A stretch of 64,000 nt of DNA from Octopus sinensis (taxonomy: Eukaryota): the NCBI RefSeq assembly GCF_006345805.1, contig NC_043013.1, positions 7,750,001 through 7,814,000 of the forward strand. Reading direction: 5' to 3'. Positions within the stretch are counted from its first letter, which is position 1. The number at the start of each line of letters is the position of its first letter. Under the pieces are notes generated by a model that was not told the origin of the DNA, made no database searches, and saw nothing but the letters and a program-made list of their open reading frames with translations. The position numbers were made by a program, and so were the translations under genes. This document shows, one piece after another, positions 40,320-54,056 of the stretch.

Positions 40320-42059
40320 TACATTAACCGAAAAAAATGCAGTCTGTTCAAAAACACAGTGTTATTGTTTAGTCCCAAGTTGTTCTCCCTTTGACCATTC
40401 CATCTGTTTTTTAATGGGAACTGAAAAAAGCTTGTTGTGTACATCTTTGTTTTGACATTGAGTGATTTTTACAAATGAATGGCATTTGTTTCCAACATTC
40501 TACAAAAATACGTCTGACGATGGGAAGAGTATTACCTTATTTGGAAATAAGTGGGGATTGACAACATGAAGAACATCAAGTCATAGAACATCTCCCTTGG
40601 TAAACTCTGTCCTACACATGCAAGCATGTAAAAGTGGATGTTAAAACAATGACAATGGTGTATCTAATTAAACAGTACATTATCCCTTTTGATACGAGCC
40701 TGTCAAAAACTGCCCTTGGTCCTTTGATGCAAACTTCCTGTTTTAAAGTAATATTAATTAAAACTTTCCACTAAAATTTCATGTTAATTATGATTACAAA
40801 AACCCAATAAATATTGAAAAAGTTATCTTACTAATTTCATTAGTTTCAAAATAAATTGAAGCAAAGGCTGTGTTTTTCAACAGAAATATGGTAACAAAAG
40901 GATTATCATATGTTTTTTTTTTTTTTATTTTAACCCGTTAGCATTCAGATTAATTTATCAAATTTAATGCTTATTTATCTACATTTTAAAAAATGAATCA
41001 TGTGGTGTGTTGTAGCTTCAAGATTTTGAAGATGTGTTTGTTTATTTTTAGAATGGCACATTGTAGGATAGATATGCAGGTGGCACCTAAAAAGCACCCA
41101 CTACACTCACGGAGTGGTTGGTGTTAGGAAGGGCATCCAGCTGTAGAAACATTGCCAGATAAGACTGGAGCCTGGTGCAGCCACCTGGCTTCCCAGACCC
41201 CAGTTGAACCGTCCAACCCATGCTAGCATGGAGAACGGACGTTAAACGATGATGATGATGATGATGATGATATGAGAGGCTGGATCTGGCCTGTTTCAAC
41301 ATAAAACTGGTAGAATATTTGGGTTGGATATAGCTGGCTCAACCCTTTAGGGTTCGCATTATTCTGCCAAAATTAATGCTTCTTCATCCACATTGTTTTG
41401 AATTAATCATTCATTAATCTTGTAGCTATGAGATTTTGATGAGGTAGCTCTTAATTTTTAAAATAATATTGTAGGGTTGGTGTGAGAGACCAGATCTGGC
41501 CAGTTTGAACTAAAACAGGCAGAATGCTTTTGGCCGGATATGGCCGGTTTAAATGCTAAAGGGTTTATGATTTAAGGGGTATTTGGTTGTTCTTTCTAGC
41601 TGATCTAGCCAGGCTTCATTGTTGACTTGTTTGTGTGTATTGTAGTATACAGCATTGCAGTATATAGCACTGATCAACTGAAAAGAGTTTCCAGCCTTTT
41701 TACGAGCAAATTAATTAGAGTCGGTGTAACTTCTTACTGTTTGTATTTTGCTTTGTTATAGTCTGGCACTAACGACGGGAGCTGAGCAATTCAACACAGC
41801 CGAGAGACTGCATAGTTGTGTTGATTGATTTAATGTTTAATATGTCTGTATTGTAATTAGTAAAGATGGTGGTATATTGGTAAAACAAACAACAAAAAAA
41901 AACATTAAAGTAATGACATGAATAATTAATAACATTTATATTTACATCCTGAAAGTGTCGAAGCTTTGTGATGTGAAATAAATCATTTAAAGGAGCATCT
42001 CAAAGTGGATGTGGATATAAATAACAGTATGTAATATATTGAGTTTAAGAAGAACTTCA

Positions 42060-42135
42060 GGTTGAAACTTTAGTGTAGTGGGTAGCACATTTGTCATTGT
42101 CATAGGAGTTGCCGGTTCAAATCCCACCAGCAGCC
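42060..42135 (+). pseudogene. Degenerate tRNA-like sequence (tRNA pseudogene or old SINE head)
   Basis: tagtgtagtgggtagc (A box), ggttcaaatcc (B box), followed by a T run; similar sequence at 42728-42801; acceptor stem poor. Confidence 0.4.
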
Positions 42136-42248
42136 TTTCACTTTTTTTTTATTTTCATTTTTTTTTACATCAAAACATCTTTTAACAGAATATATTGTAT
42201 GCTTTTATTTGTAGTTGTAACCATTTTGAGTCTCACTTTTAGGATTTA

Positions 42249-42650
42249 CTAGCAGTATTATTGCCCAGCGTTGCTCAGGTTTGTTTCAACCCTTTAGAAT
42301 TGGAATTTTTGAAAAGTAAAAATTTTGCATTATGTACCTTGTTATTCTCTTTAAGTGAACATTTTTCTGGTTGAAATATGCCGAAAAATGGCAACACAGC
42401 AGTCAAAAATCGTAAAAAATAGGGATTTTCATAGAAAAAAAGCACCTTTTTTATGTAAATAATTTTTGGTGTTAACATGGTCCAATTTGAATTTTTTCTT
42501 CTATGGAAGGAAGAGCAAGCCTTCTTCTATCATACTCTCAATTTTGGTCAACTTGCGCCGCAGGGTCTTGGAGGAGATAGTGTTAGTTGAAGGCTACCAA
42601 ACTTGCCACACATACACACACAGACAACTTCAGTTTTATATATAGAGAGA
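42249..42650 (-). mobile_element. Non-autonomous Helitron
   Basis: ctagcagtat...gcccagcgttgctcagg end and tatatagagaga end, as in the other copies. Confidence 0.72.
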
Positions 42651-43329
42651 TTTCAGATTTTCTCAATGGTTCTTCGATGTAAACAAATTTACTTTATCAC
42701 TTTTGATTGAATGAAAGGGAGATCAAAGGTTCTTTTAGTGTAATGGTTAGCATGTCTGTCATGGATACAAAAGATGCAAGTTCAAGTCTCACTGGCAGCC
42801 ACAAACCCTTTTTTAACCCCCACCCCCATCTAAAGGTTTTTTGTTTGTTTTTACCCAATATATTACTGTTATTTACAGATGCATCAATTTTGAAACTTAT
42901 CCTCAAACTGAAAGATTTAATTTTGAACCTCTATGTGTGAGTTCAAACAGCACAAACATTCAACTTATCCTATCATTCTTCCAGGATTGGTAGACTTAAT
43001 CTGTCACCCATTTCAGTGCCATCATCTGGCCATTGGGTCCCTATGGCAGAATCCACTCTCTTGCAAGTATTTGGGACCAGGCCTCTCTTTTGTATGATAG
43101 CAGACTGTGATATAAGAAAGATTTGATCTCTATTTTTTCAGGGGACCAAGTGACCATGTAGAGCTTTCTCAATAGTTTTTCAGCTACTATGTAGAATATA
43201 ATGTAATTTAATCAATAGCCTGTTCATCATCATTTCTTGTACTTTGTCAAGAGACATTAATATTGTAATTAATATCACGCATTCGTCATTGAAATGTTCT
43301 GACCTTCTTTTGTTTTCTTTCGTTTCTAG

Positions 43330-43467
43330 ATCATCTTACACCAGAATCCTCTACATCGTATATCCTACTGCGCCGATGACAAATCAGATAAACGAATGTT
43401 CACATTCATTGCCAAAGCCGCTGATTCTAATAAACATTTTTGCTATGTATTTGACAGTGAAAAATGT
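43330..43467 (+). CDS. GULP1: CED-6/GULP1 exon ([46 protein letters not shown]), PTB core
   Basis: tttctag acceptor, tgt|gtaagt donor, 138 nt; [11 protein letters not shown] and CYVFDSEKC motifs typical of CED-6 PTB. Confidence 0.96.
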
Positions 43468-46400
43468 GTAAGTCTGAAAATTTGTGACAAATTTCTACCA
43501 AAGCACAACATTACCTCCATTAACCATTTTGATAACAAACTATCTAAAATCACTTATTGTTTTATGGCCCCAAAACCATTCAAAGATCATCCAGTAGAAC
43601 TTGGATGGTCAGTAGAACACACTATGGCTGTGTGGTTAAGAAATTTGCTTCCCAGCCACATGGTTTTCAGTTCAATCCCATTGTATGGTTCCTTGGGTAA
43701 ATGTCCTCTGCCATAGCCCCAAACTGATCAAAGCCTTGTGAATGGATTTGGTAGGTAGAAAATGAAAGAAGTCTGTCTTTCTGGCCCCTGTGCCAGTGGC
43801 ACGTAAAAAACACCATCCGATCGTGGCCGTTGCCAGCCTCGCCTGGCCCCCGTGCCGGTGGCACGTAAAAAGCACCATCCGTCTGTGGCCGTTTGCCAGC
43901 TCCATCTGGCACCTGTGCGGGTGGCACGTAAAAAGCACCCACTACACTCACAGAGTGGTTGGCGTTAGGAAGGGCATCCAGCCATAGAAACACTGCCAGA
44001 TCAGACTGGACTTGATGCAGTTGAACCGTCCAACCCATGCTAGCATGGAAAGCGGACGCTAAATGATGATGATGATGATATATATATATATGTATATATT
44101 TATAAATATATATTGTATTAAGGCTTGTTTTTTATGTTTAGTTATAATAAAAACACTTTTACATTACCTGAAAGGTTCCTTTATACTTCTGTAGAATACA
44201 AATTTATTCTTAAACAAAAATGTTGACAGTGACTTTGAAGTTTTGGCCTGTTAAGCCAAAGTCACTGTCAACAACATTCTTGTTTAAGAATAAACTATAT
44301 ATATGTGTATATCATCATTTAACATCCATTTTTCAAGCTGGCATAGTTCACATAGTTTGACAGGAACTGACCAGCTGAAGGGCTGTTCAGGCTGACTCCA
44401 CGTCTAATTTAGAATGGTTTCTATGGCTGGATGCCCTTCCTAACGCCAGCCATTTTACAGAGTGTACTGGGTGCTTTTATGCAGCACAGGTACAGGTGCT
44501 TTTTACACAGCACCAGCTCTTATGAATCCACAAGATTAGGGATGCCCAACTGGAGTGGGTTTTGCAAGGACAACCGTGCTCTTACCTAGCTTGACATGTC
44601 TTTACAAGCACAGCAAACCACCAGGAATCTCTGTCCCCTGTCATTCCCTCTGTGAGTCCCAATGTTTATAGGTCCTTTCTCACCACTTCATCCCACATCT
44701 TCCTGGGTCTACCCCTTCCACATGTCCCCCGCTACAATTAAAGATAAGCACCTCTTGATGCAACTGTCTTTCTTTATGGATGGAAGCACTCCTTCGGTTA
44801 CGACGACGAGGGTTCCGGTTGATCCAAATCAACGGAACAGCCTGCTCGTGAAATTAACGTGTAAGTGGCTGAGCACTCCACAGACACGTGTACCCTTAAC
44901 GTAGTTCTCGGGGATATTCAGCGTGACACAGAGAGTGACAAGGCCGGCCCTTTGAAATACAGGTACAACAGAAACAGGAAGTAAGAGTGAGAGAAAGTTG
45001 TGGTGAAAGAATACAGCAGGGATCACCACCATCCCCTGCCGGAGCCTCGTGGAGCTTTAGGTGTTTTCGCTCAATAAACACTCACAACACCCGGTCTGGG
45101 AATCAAAACCGCGAGTCCGCTGCCCTAACCACTGGGCCATTATGCCTCCACGGTCTTTGTTTATATGCATTACATGGCCATACCAGAACAGTCTTCTTTC
45201 TTGCACACCATCGATTAACATCCATCTTCCATGCTGGCATGGGTTAGACAGTTCGATGAACTGTCAAGTCAAAGGATTGACTTGTGCTTTGGCACAATTT
45301 TCTGCAGCTAGATGCCCTTCCTAATGCAAAGTACTTGCAAAACAAGACCATCTCAACTGAGTAGGGTATAGAATTGAAGGAGGTGAAAGCATGATAGAGA
45401 GACATATATACGATGGGCTTCTTTCAGTTTCCGTCTGCCAAATCCACTCACAAGGCTTTAGTTGGCCCGAGGCTATAGTAGAAGACACTTGCCCAAGGTG
45501 CCATGCAGTGGGACTGAACCTGGAACCAGGTGGAAGGTAAGCAAGCTACTTACCACACAGCCACTCCTGCGCCTAGTATTAAAAATCATTTTGTTTTTCC
45601 AATGTCAATACTTCCCTACCTTTCCCCTCTACCTTTTCTCTTGAACTTCATTTTCTTAGACTTTGTTCAATTGTTAGAACAACCAAAATTATCCTGGAAC
45701 TGTGTACAAAGATAACATTTTCATGTAATGTCTTTTTTTTTCTTTTGTTTATACATGGGTTAGATGGGTTTACAAATCAGGATTTGTGTGTGGTAGAAAT
45801 TCTATGTGTGTTTGTGTGAGTCGTCTGTGTGTGAGCGTGTGTAGTAGGATTTGTGTGTGTTGGTGTATATGTCGCTGTGAGAGGTCAGTCACAAGTCAGC
45901 AGCTGTAGTGAAAGGTGTATGAATGTGTGACTGTATGTGTGTGTGTTAGCATGTGTGCGCATGTATACCATCATTATCATATATATATATGTATATGTCT
46001 GTGTGCAGTTGCATTTGTCCCCCAGCACTGCTTGACGACCAGTGTTGGTTCATTCACAACCGTGTAACAAAGTGGTTCAGCAAAAGAGACTGATAGAGTA
46101 AGGGAATAAGTATCAGGTTTAAAAACAGAAAAGGAGTTCTGGGATCAATTTGTTTGAGTAAAAACCTTCAAGGTGGTACTCCAGCATGGTCACAGTCCAA
46201 AGCAAATACAAAGTAGTGAATCGACCATACATTTATTACGTTGAACCCAGTGCTTAGCGGCATCTCTTCCAGCTTCTTATGTTCCCGGTTCAAATCTTGT
46301 CAAAGTCGATATTGCCATTCATCCTTTTAGGGTGAAATAAGTAGGGTGGAACAAGAAGTCGAACACTGGGGTGGATATAATCAACTATCCTGTTCCCTTA

Positions 46401-47115
46401 AATTGCTGATTTTGTCTTAGAAGCCATTATTTTTAAGTATGAAGTGTTGGCAATATCAGAGTAGTGCAATTGAGAAAGACAGACAGACCAGAATCCTTGA
46501 ATGGATGTCCACAATCCACCCTCTTTGAACTTCCAACTCATTTCTGTCTGTTTTATTACTCAGTATTTTTTTTTTTTTTTTACGTCAAGAGTTCACATGT
46601 ACAATATTTAACCTTAGAGCTGTGTGTGTGTCTGTCTGTCTAAAAGACTAAAATAATCGTTTTACAAAATGACATGTTTCAAACTCTCTGTTGGTTTGTT
46701 TAGGTCAATAGATTTTTAATCCAACTATTGTTATTCATTTATTTGGTCAGGAGTGGTCACATATTGCAGCTATCATTTCTAGTCTGGTTTTCTCTTTCCT
46801 ACATTCGTGTTAAGGTAGTTTAGTATACTACGACTTTCTTTTTTCAACTGAAGCTACTTTCTTTTCATAACAGCAGCACGGTAACATGAAAAATTGCTGT
46901 CTCAGTGGTAGTAGTTTAGTATTTTCTTTATCATTTTAGCCTCAACATTGTATAACACTTAAAATGACTAAATTGAAACACTGTTTTTTGGGGGGGTTTT
47001 TGAGGGGGTTTTTTTTTCCACTTCTTATATAATTTTACTTTACTTTGTTTTTAATTTAATTTTCCCAACCAATGGAGACCTTGTTTTCTAAAGTAAAAAT
47101 CCCTTTCATCTTCAG

Positions 47116-47232
47116 GCTAAAGAAATAACCATGACTGTTGGTCAGGCGTTTGATTTAGCATATCGAAGATTCGTGGAAACAACTGGCAAAGATATTGATG
47201 TTCGTAAACAGTTCCTTCTTTTACAGAAAAAG
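47116..47232 (+). CDS. GULP1: CED-6/GULP1 exon ([39 protein letters not shown]), PTB C-terminal helix
   Basis: cttcag acceptor, aag|gtatgg donor, 117 nt; GQAFDLAY motif. Confidence 0.96.
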
Positions 47233-50200
47233 GTATGGATTTTTTTTGTTTTTGTTTCTGTTTTCATTATAACTTATTAAGAACAATGTATTCTAAATCT
47301 GATAGGTTTTTTGTGATTTCTTTTTTTGTATGGATCAGCGATTCTCAAATTGTTTGATGAAGCATACTGGTGCATCATCATCATCATCATCATCGTTTAA
47401 CGTCCGTTTTCCATGCTTGCATGGGTTGGACGGTTCAACTGGGGTCTGGGAAGCCAGAAGGCTGCGCCAGGCCCAGTCTGATCTGGCAGTGTTTCTACGG
47501 CTGGATGCCGTAGTGTAGTGGGTGCTTTTTACATGACACCTGCACAGGTGCCAGACGAGGCTGGTAAACGGTCACGATTGGATGGTGCTTTTTACGTGCC
47601 ACCGGCACGGAGGCCAGACGAGGCTGGCAACAGCCACAATCGGATGGTGCATCACAAATTATTCTGTCAAACGTAATACTTTTACGTTCACATTGTTTAT
47701 TGTTTTTGATTCGTCATGCATTATTTTGTAGCTTCTAAATTATGATGATGTGATTGTATATATTATAATGGCATTGAAGGATAGGTGTGATAGGCTGGAT
47801 CTGGCTGGCCAGAACATAAAACAGGGAGCATGTTTGGGCCGGATATGGCCAGTAATTCGAGGCTTTGGAAAATCCATCTTTAAAAACATGTTACTCTTTT
47901 ACTTGTTTCAGTCATTTGACTGCGGCCATGCTGGAGCACCGCCTTTAGTCACGCAAATCGACCCCGGGACTTATTCTTTGTAAGCCCAGTACTTATTCTA
48001 TCGGTCTCTTTTGCCGAACCGCTAAGTGACGGGGACGTAAACACACCAGCATCGGTGTGTTATGTTATTCATAATTTTGTTATGTTATTTGTTAAATAAT
48101 TTGTTAAATTATGTTATTCATAACTTTGTAACACGCGTATGATTAACCCTTCAGCCATATCTTAAGCTGGCCTTATCCTGCCCAAATATTCTTCTACCTG
48201 TTTTTATGTTCAAATTGGCCAGATCTGACTTCTCACACATCCCCTTCAATGTCATTCTAAAAATAAGCAGTCACATCATTGAAATCTTGAAGCTACATAC
48301 AAGACAATGAATGGTTAATTCAAAAGAATGTGAATTAAACTTTACATTTGACAATTGTCTAAATGCTAAAGGGTTAATAGTGACTGTGTGGTAAGTAGCT
48401 TGTTTACCAACCACATGGTTCCGGGTTCAGTCCCACTGCGTGGCACCTTGGGCAAGTGTCTTCTACTATAACCTCGGGCCGACCAAAGCCTTGTGAGTGG
48501 ATTTGGTAGACGGAAACTGAAAGAAGCCCGTCGTATATATGTATATATATATATGTGTGTGTATATGTTTGTGCGTCTGTGTTTGTCCCCCTAGCATTGC
48601 TTGACAACCGATGCTGGTGTGCTTATGTCCCCGTTACTTAGCGGTTCAGCAAAAGAGACCGATAGAATAAGTACTGGGCTTACAAAAGAATAAGTCCCGG
48701 GGTCGAGTTGCTCGATTAAAGGCGGTGCTCCAGCATGGCCGCAGTCAAATGACTGAAACAAATAAAATAAATTTTTTAAAAAGAGTAATTGTTTCTATAT
48801 TTTTAAACGACAGATATTTTTTGTTTTGTTTTTTTTTTAAACCTTCTATCAAAAAAAAAAAGAAGAAAGGAGATTGAAAACTTTTGATATCGATATTGAT
48901 TGATTGAAGCTGATGATTTGAAACATCTGTTTACCATTTTACCTACTTATTTATTTATTTATTTATTTTCTTAAATCTTTTTTTTTTGTGTAACTATTCC
49001 CCCCCTCCCCCTCTCTCTCTTTTTAATATTTCATTCTCTTTCTCTTTCTCTCACTTTTCATATTTTCATTGAGAAAAGAGGTTCTGTGCAATTCTGAGGA
49101 TTTGATTTTGTGACAAATTCTTTTTATAGTTTACTAGTTTTTTTTGTGTGTTTTTTTGTTTGTTTTTTGTTTTTTCTTCACCTTTGTGGACTGACTGAGT
49201 GTCTTCATTGGGGATAGCCATGTCTATGTGATTAAGAAGCTTGCTTTGCACGACACCTTGGGCACTGGACCAACCAATGTCTTGTGAGTGAAATTGGTTG
49301 GTGGAAACTCTGGAAGCCTGTCGTGTGTGTGTGTTCATTCGCTCTCTTGCATCCCTACGACTTAGCAGTTCAGCAGAACAGACTGATAGAATAAAGTACC
49401 AGACTCTAGAAAAGAATATAAGTACAAGTGTCAATATATATTTCTTTACTACCCACAAGGGGCTAAACAAGAACAGGCAAACGGATTAAGTCGATTACAT
49501 TGACCCCAGTGCGTAACTGGTACTTAATTTATCGACCCCGAAAGGATGAAAGGCAAAGTTGACCTCGGCGGTCAATATACTCAACTAAAACCCTCCAAGG
49601 TGGTACTCCAGCATGGCCACAAACAAAAGACAAAAAGATTTATTGAGAATAAATTGACGGAGACATATTCCTAATGGCTACAGGCTTGTCTTGGCTCCAT
49701 ATAAAAACAAAATGTTGACCTCGTTTGCTTCAGTAAAATGTGTTTGTATTTTAGTTGAAAAATATATTTCTCTAATGAACATCGTGCCTCCCAGGACACC
49801 TGGATACAGTATTAGTGGTAACCATTTACGTTATAATACTTCAGTCAACTATTCTTTGCTGAGCTTTTCTATAATTAGTCCTATTAAATAGGTTGTATTC
49901 CATAGCTGAGTGACTTTAGGGTGGGTTTACTTAACTATGCACGATGTTAATTGAGAACAGTGTGCTGTTAACGATTCTATTTTTAGGAACTTTGCATTCA
50001 TATTCATTACAGATTCGTGCCTGAATTTAGATCACATGTTTTAAACTTTCGTAAATAAATTTTTTAAATATAAGAGTGTATAAAATGTTTTTATACACAA
50101 AAAAGGAGACCATTGGCAGGACTCCTTACATGCTAAAAAGGCCAGTTTTTTATGATAGTAAATAAATTTTTTTTTTAATTTGTTTTTCTTTTTTAATTTA

Positions 50201-50465
50201 AAAGAATTTTTGATTTTTAATTCTTTTAAACATCTGACTTCGGTCATGCTGGAGCACTGCCTTGTAGTGTCAGTGTTAGTCAAATAAACTGATTCCAGTA
50301 CTTATTTTAAAGTCTAGCATTTATTCCATCAGTCTCTTTAACCAAACTATTAACCCTTTTGTTACCATATTTCTGTTGAGATGCTCTATGTTTCTGTCAA
50401 TTAATTTTAAATATAACAAAGAATTTAGTAAAATAACTTAGTTATCATTAAGCTAGTGATAGGAA

Positions 50466-50765
50466 GTGCCATCCAACCAAAATGCAAATATATGGGAAAC
50501 TACCACCTGTGTCATCTCTTGTGAAAGGTAGGAGAGTCCAGTTTGCTGGACATTGTTGTAGAGCTGAAAACAAGGTAATTTCTACTCTTCTCCTCTGGAA
50601 GCCATCTGCTCGCAATACCAGAGGGCGCACACTCTCCTACCCTGATGTAATCTCCAGGGATACAGGCATCCAGCAACAGGACCTCTGTAATGCCATGATG
50701 GACCGTGAAGTCTGGCGTAGCATGGTAAATTCCATTGTCTCGACCACGGTCAAACAATGATGATG
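50466..50765 (+). mobile_element. 5'-truncated RTE-clade LINE 3' end inserted in a piggyBac-type MITE
   Basis: ORF 50482-50760 (RRVQFAGHCCR...RGR...MDREVWR) is a typical RTE C-terminus; (TGA)n tail; 11-bp TSD AGTGATAGGAA. Confidence 0.85.
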
Positions 50766-52036
50766 AGTGATAGGAACATAAATTGTGTCTAAGGTTTGGT
50801 TGAAGATTTTAATTCAGAAGTTTTGGAGACAAGATATTTGTACTACAGAGCCAGAGGCAGTTTCAGGCAGGTTAGTATCAAAAGGGTTAAGTTATGGAGA
50901 CATGAATCGGTGTCACTTGTCAAGTGGTTGGTGAGAAATACAAACACACACGTGTCAGGTCATTTGTGAGGTCTCTCTTGAGTGATACTGATAACATGGA
51001 ATCCAATTGCAACCTGTTGCATGGTCAGGTCATCTCCACTAGGTTTTCCTGGTGAGGTGGGTTGCTAGAAGCCCAGAAGGACTAAAAACATTACCTGTCA
51101 AAAGGACGGATGAACCTAGGATGGGTTCAACATCTAGCAATAGCACGGGCCCTCAGAATTTCCAAGTTGGTGTCCAGTGTGCTGGAAGACCCCTGGAAGT
51201 GAGGCACCTTTTAGTTTTTGTTAAAGCATGTCTCTAGAACCTGCTTCAGACCTCGGCTACATCTGTTCTGATAATCGATGGTGACTTGGTCAGAGAATCC
51301 TCTGTAACAGTTGATAATTGATGGCAAGGTGAGTGTCCTTCCAGTTGCCAACCCCTCATTTGCTGGATGTCCTTCCTGTTGCCATCCCCTTATTTGCTAC
51401 CAAGTAAGGTAATATTTCCCTATAACCAGATGTGATTTTTCAGGGTAGACTGGGAACACATGACCTCACTGGTATAATGATGACACAACTATCATGCAAT
51501 ATCAAGAAGATGCATAAACACACACATACACACACGTATGCAAGTATATATACATGACAAGCTTCTGTTGGCCTGGTGCTATAATAGAAGACACTCACCC
51601 AAGGTACCATGCAGTCAGTGGCTCTTGCTTGGCTGCCTAGGATTAAGCTGGCTCACTCTGTCAGTGTCCCAGAGTGTGTATGCATGTGACAGGGGACTAC
51701 ACGTGAACTTGTATTTCCACTGAAACAACAAACATGAGTGACATGGTGAACTAGTTCATCAGAGTTTGCTTAACCCATCCCAGGTGAATGCCGTCACTAA
51801 TACAAGTAAGTAGTAAGTACACACACATATAGGTGCAGGTGTAGCTGTATGGTTAACAAGTTTGCTTCCCAAATAAGTAGTCTCCAGTTTTGCCTTTGGG
51901 TTGATATTTAAAAAAAAGACAAACTAAAAGAACGAGCCAAGATTAATTTACATTTTAGTGAAATAAAAGCTGTTTTATCACAACTACTGAAGTATAATTA
52001 TTGGTTGTAGTGAATGTTTATCTAAAATATTGTTGA

Positions 52037-52401
52037 CTAGCACTATGACCCGGCAACGCCAGGTCATAGTGCTAGTGCATGCATATACAGCTGCGTGCGT
52101 GCACACATACACAAGAGTACTGTCCAAATCTCCGACCAATCACATACAGCTAGCTGGCATTCAAATGGTGTATCAAGTTTTGGGCATTTTGATTGGGTTT
52201 TGGATAGAAAATTCACTAAAAAGTCACTTCTATTGATTTTTTTAATGGCTTTGCAGGGTGACTGGGGAAATGTAAAGATGTGCATGACCACCTTTGGATG
52301 GTTTTGAATGGCCATAGAAAGTGCGAGCTCTCTGACTGAAAAATTGTGGATTTGTATAAAGGACACATACGCAGACATTTTGCCGTTTATATATATAGAG
52401 A
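52037..52401 (-). mobile_element. Non-autonomous Helitron, same family as 34590-34996, inverted
   Basis: Reverse-complement similarity along its length; 41-bp terminal palindrome 52036-52076. Confidence 0.82.
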
Positions 52402-52435
52402 TTTAATTAAATCACTTTTGTTTATCATTCATTAG

Positions 52436-52540
52436 GTGAATACTCTACAACAAGAAAATGAAACTTTAAAAAAGAGGATTGTTGACCTGGAAAATCTCAA
52501 AGACAAATCTGATGTGGATTTCTACAAAAGTGCTAATAAT
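52436..52540 (+). CDS. GULP1: CED-6/GULP1 exon (VNTLQQENETLKKRIVDLENLKDKSDVDFYKSANN), leucine zipper / coiled coil
   Basis: attag acceptor, aat|gtaaga donor, 105 nt; heptad leucines follow the PTB domain as in CED-6. Confidence 0.92.
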
Positions 52541-53855
52541 GTAAGAAATTCTGTTTAAATTGTTATAGTTATATTACCATATTTTCTGGCATACAAGTTG
52601 AATTTTTCAGACCGAAATTTGCAGCAAAAAAAGAAAAGCAGGTCAACTTATACACATGACAATTTTGGAGAACCAAAAATTCCATGTAAAATGCAGTAAG
52701 ATTTGCAAAGATAACCACGTCATAATGTTTGAATGTTTATGCTACTCTATATTTATGTTATGTATTTCAAGACAAACACCTTTTTTGTTTTTTCATCTAC
52801 CATTATTTCACTATTCAGATATTTCACAGCATGTCTCTTTTCCCATGTCTAGCATGATGCACTTTGAGTTTATCGTTTGTCTAATTTACTGGCATTTCCT
52901 TCATAATATCTAAGTAACTAGGCATTGTTACTGCCAGGTCACAGTTGCCTCTCTCTAAGAATTAATCTGTCATTCCACATCTGGTCTCGTAAAACCAAGC
53001 GCCAGATGGGGAATTTCTAAGTCAATTCTTTTAGACTGATTGGGACCTGCTGGCACTGTTATATCAATATCTAATATTTGATAGAATACAGTGTTTGAAA
53101 TTCAGATACTGTCTATGAAAAGAAAAGAAAATTAATAAACTAAAGTAAAATTCATTAAAAAAATTAATTTAATTAGATAATTGATCAAAACTTAGTAAAT
53201 TTGTGAATTTTTAAATTTATATTTTTATTGATTGATTTTTAACTTTTGCATGGCTTTGCATGATTTCTTGCAATATTGCATGATTTTATTGCTTCTCTCT
53301 AAGAGATGAAGTTACACTGGAATTCACCTTGGTTAACCCAACTTTCTCAGCATGCTAGTCGTATTGTTTGTTTCTTTAGCACTGGCAGCATTGAGAAATA
53401 TTTGTTCAAAATTCAAATTTGCAACTGTTGACTTTCCATAATTGAACAACGGAATAAAAGAAAAGATGGAACTTTGTACATTCAACCTTACTTCTTGACC
53501 AAGATCTCCACATCCATACATCTGTTGCTGTAGTTTAGTTTAAGAATAGTAAATTAAGCTTTAATTCTGAAGCTAAATATGCTGTTGAAGTCTCAGCACC
53601 ACATGGAACTGTAGCAGCTTTGTTGGGGACAGTTAGAGATCAATGTTGTAACACTGATCATATATGTATACAGAATTTTATTTTAAAAGAAATGTCTAAC
53701 ACTTGGTTACTTACTTGTTCAGTAAAAATTTAAAGCAGAATCTGGATTTTTTTTTTTTTTTAAATTTCTACCAAACAAAGAAAAAAAAAAGTCCTTCCAT
53801 CACATGTCATTTTACTGTAAATTAATTCGGCCGTCTGAAATCCTCCAACTCGCAG

Positions 53856-54056
53856 ATTTTAAACCTTGGCACAGTGGGAACTGTTTCCAGTCCTACGGCT
53901 GTTACTTCAAACACTGGTGGCATGATTTCTCTGACTTCAAGCAGTACTTCTCCTCCGTATAATAAAGCACCTACCTCACCAACAGATATTTTTTCACCAT
54001 CCTCACCAACTGATATCTTTTCACCATCCCCAGTTTCACACACAGTACGAAAGGAG
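53856..54056 (+). CDS. GULP1: CED-6/GULP1 Ser/Thr/Pro-rich exon (ILNLGTVGTVSSPT...SHTVRKE)
   Basis: cgcag acceptor, gag|gtaatt donor, 201 nt open in phase 0-0; overlaps ORF 53874-54152. Confidence 0.82.
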
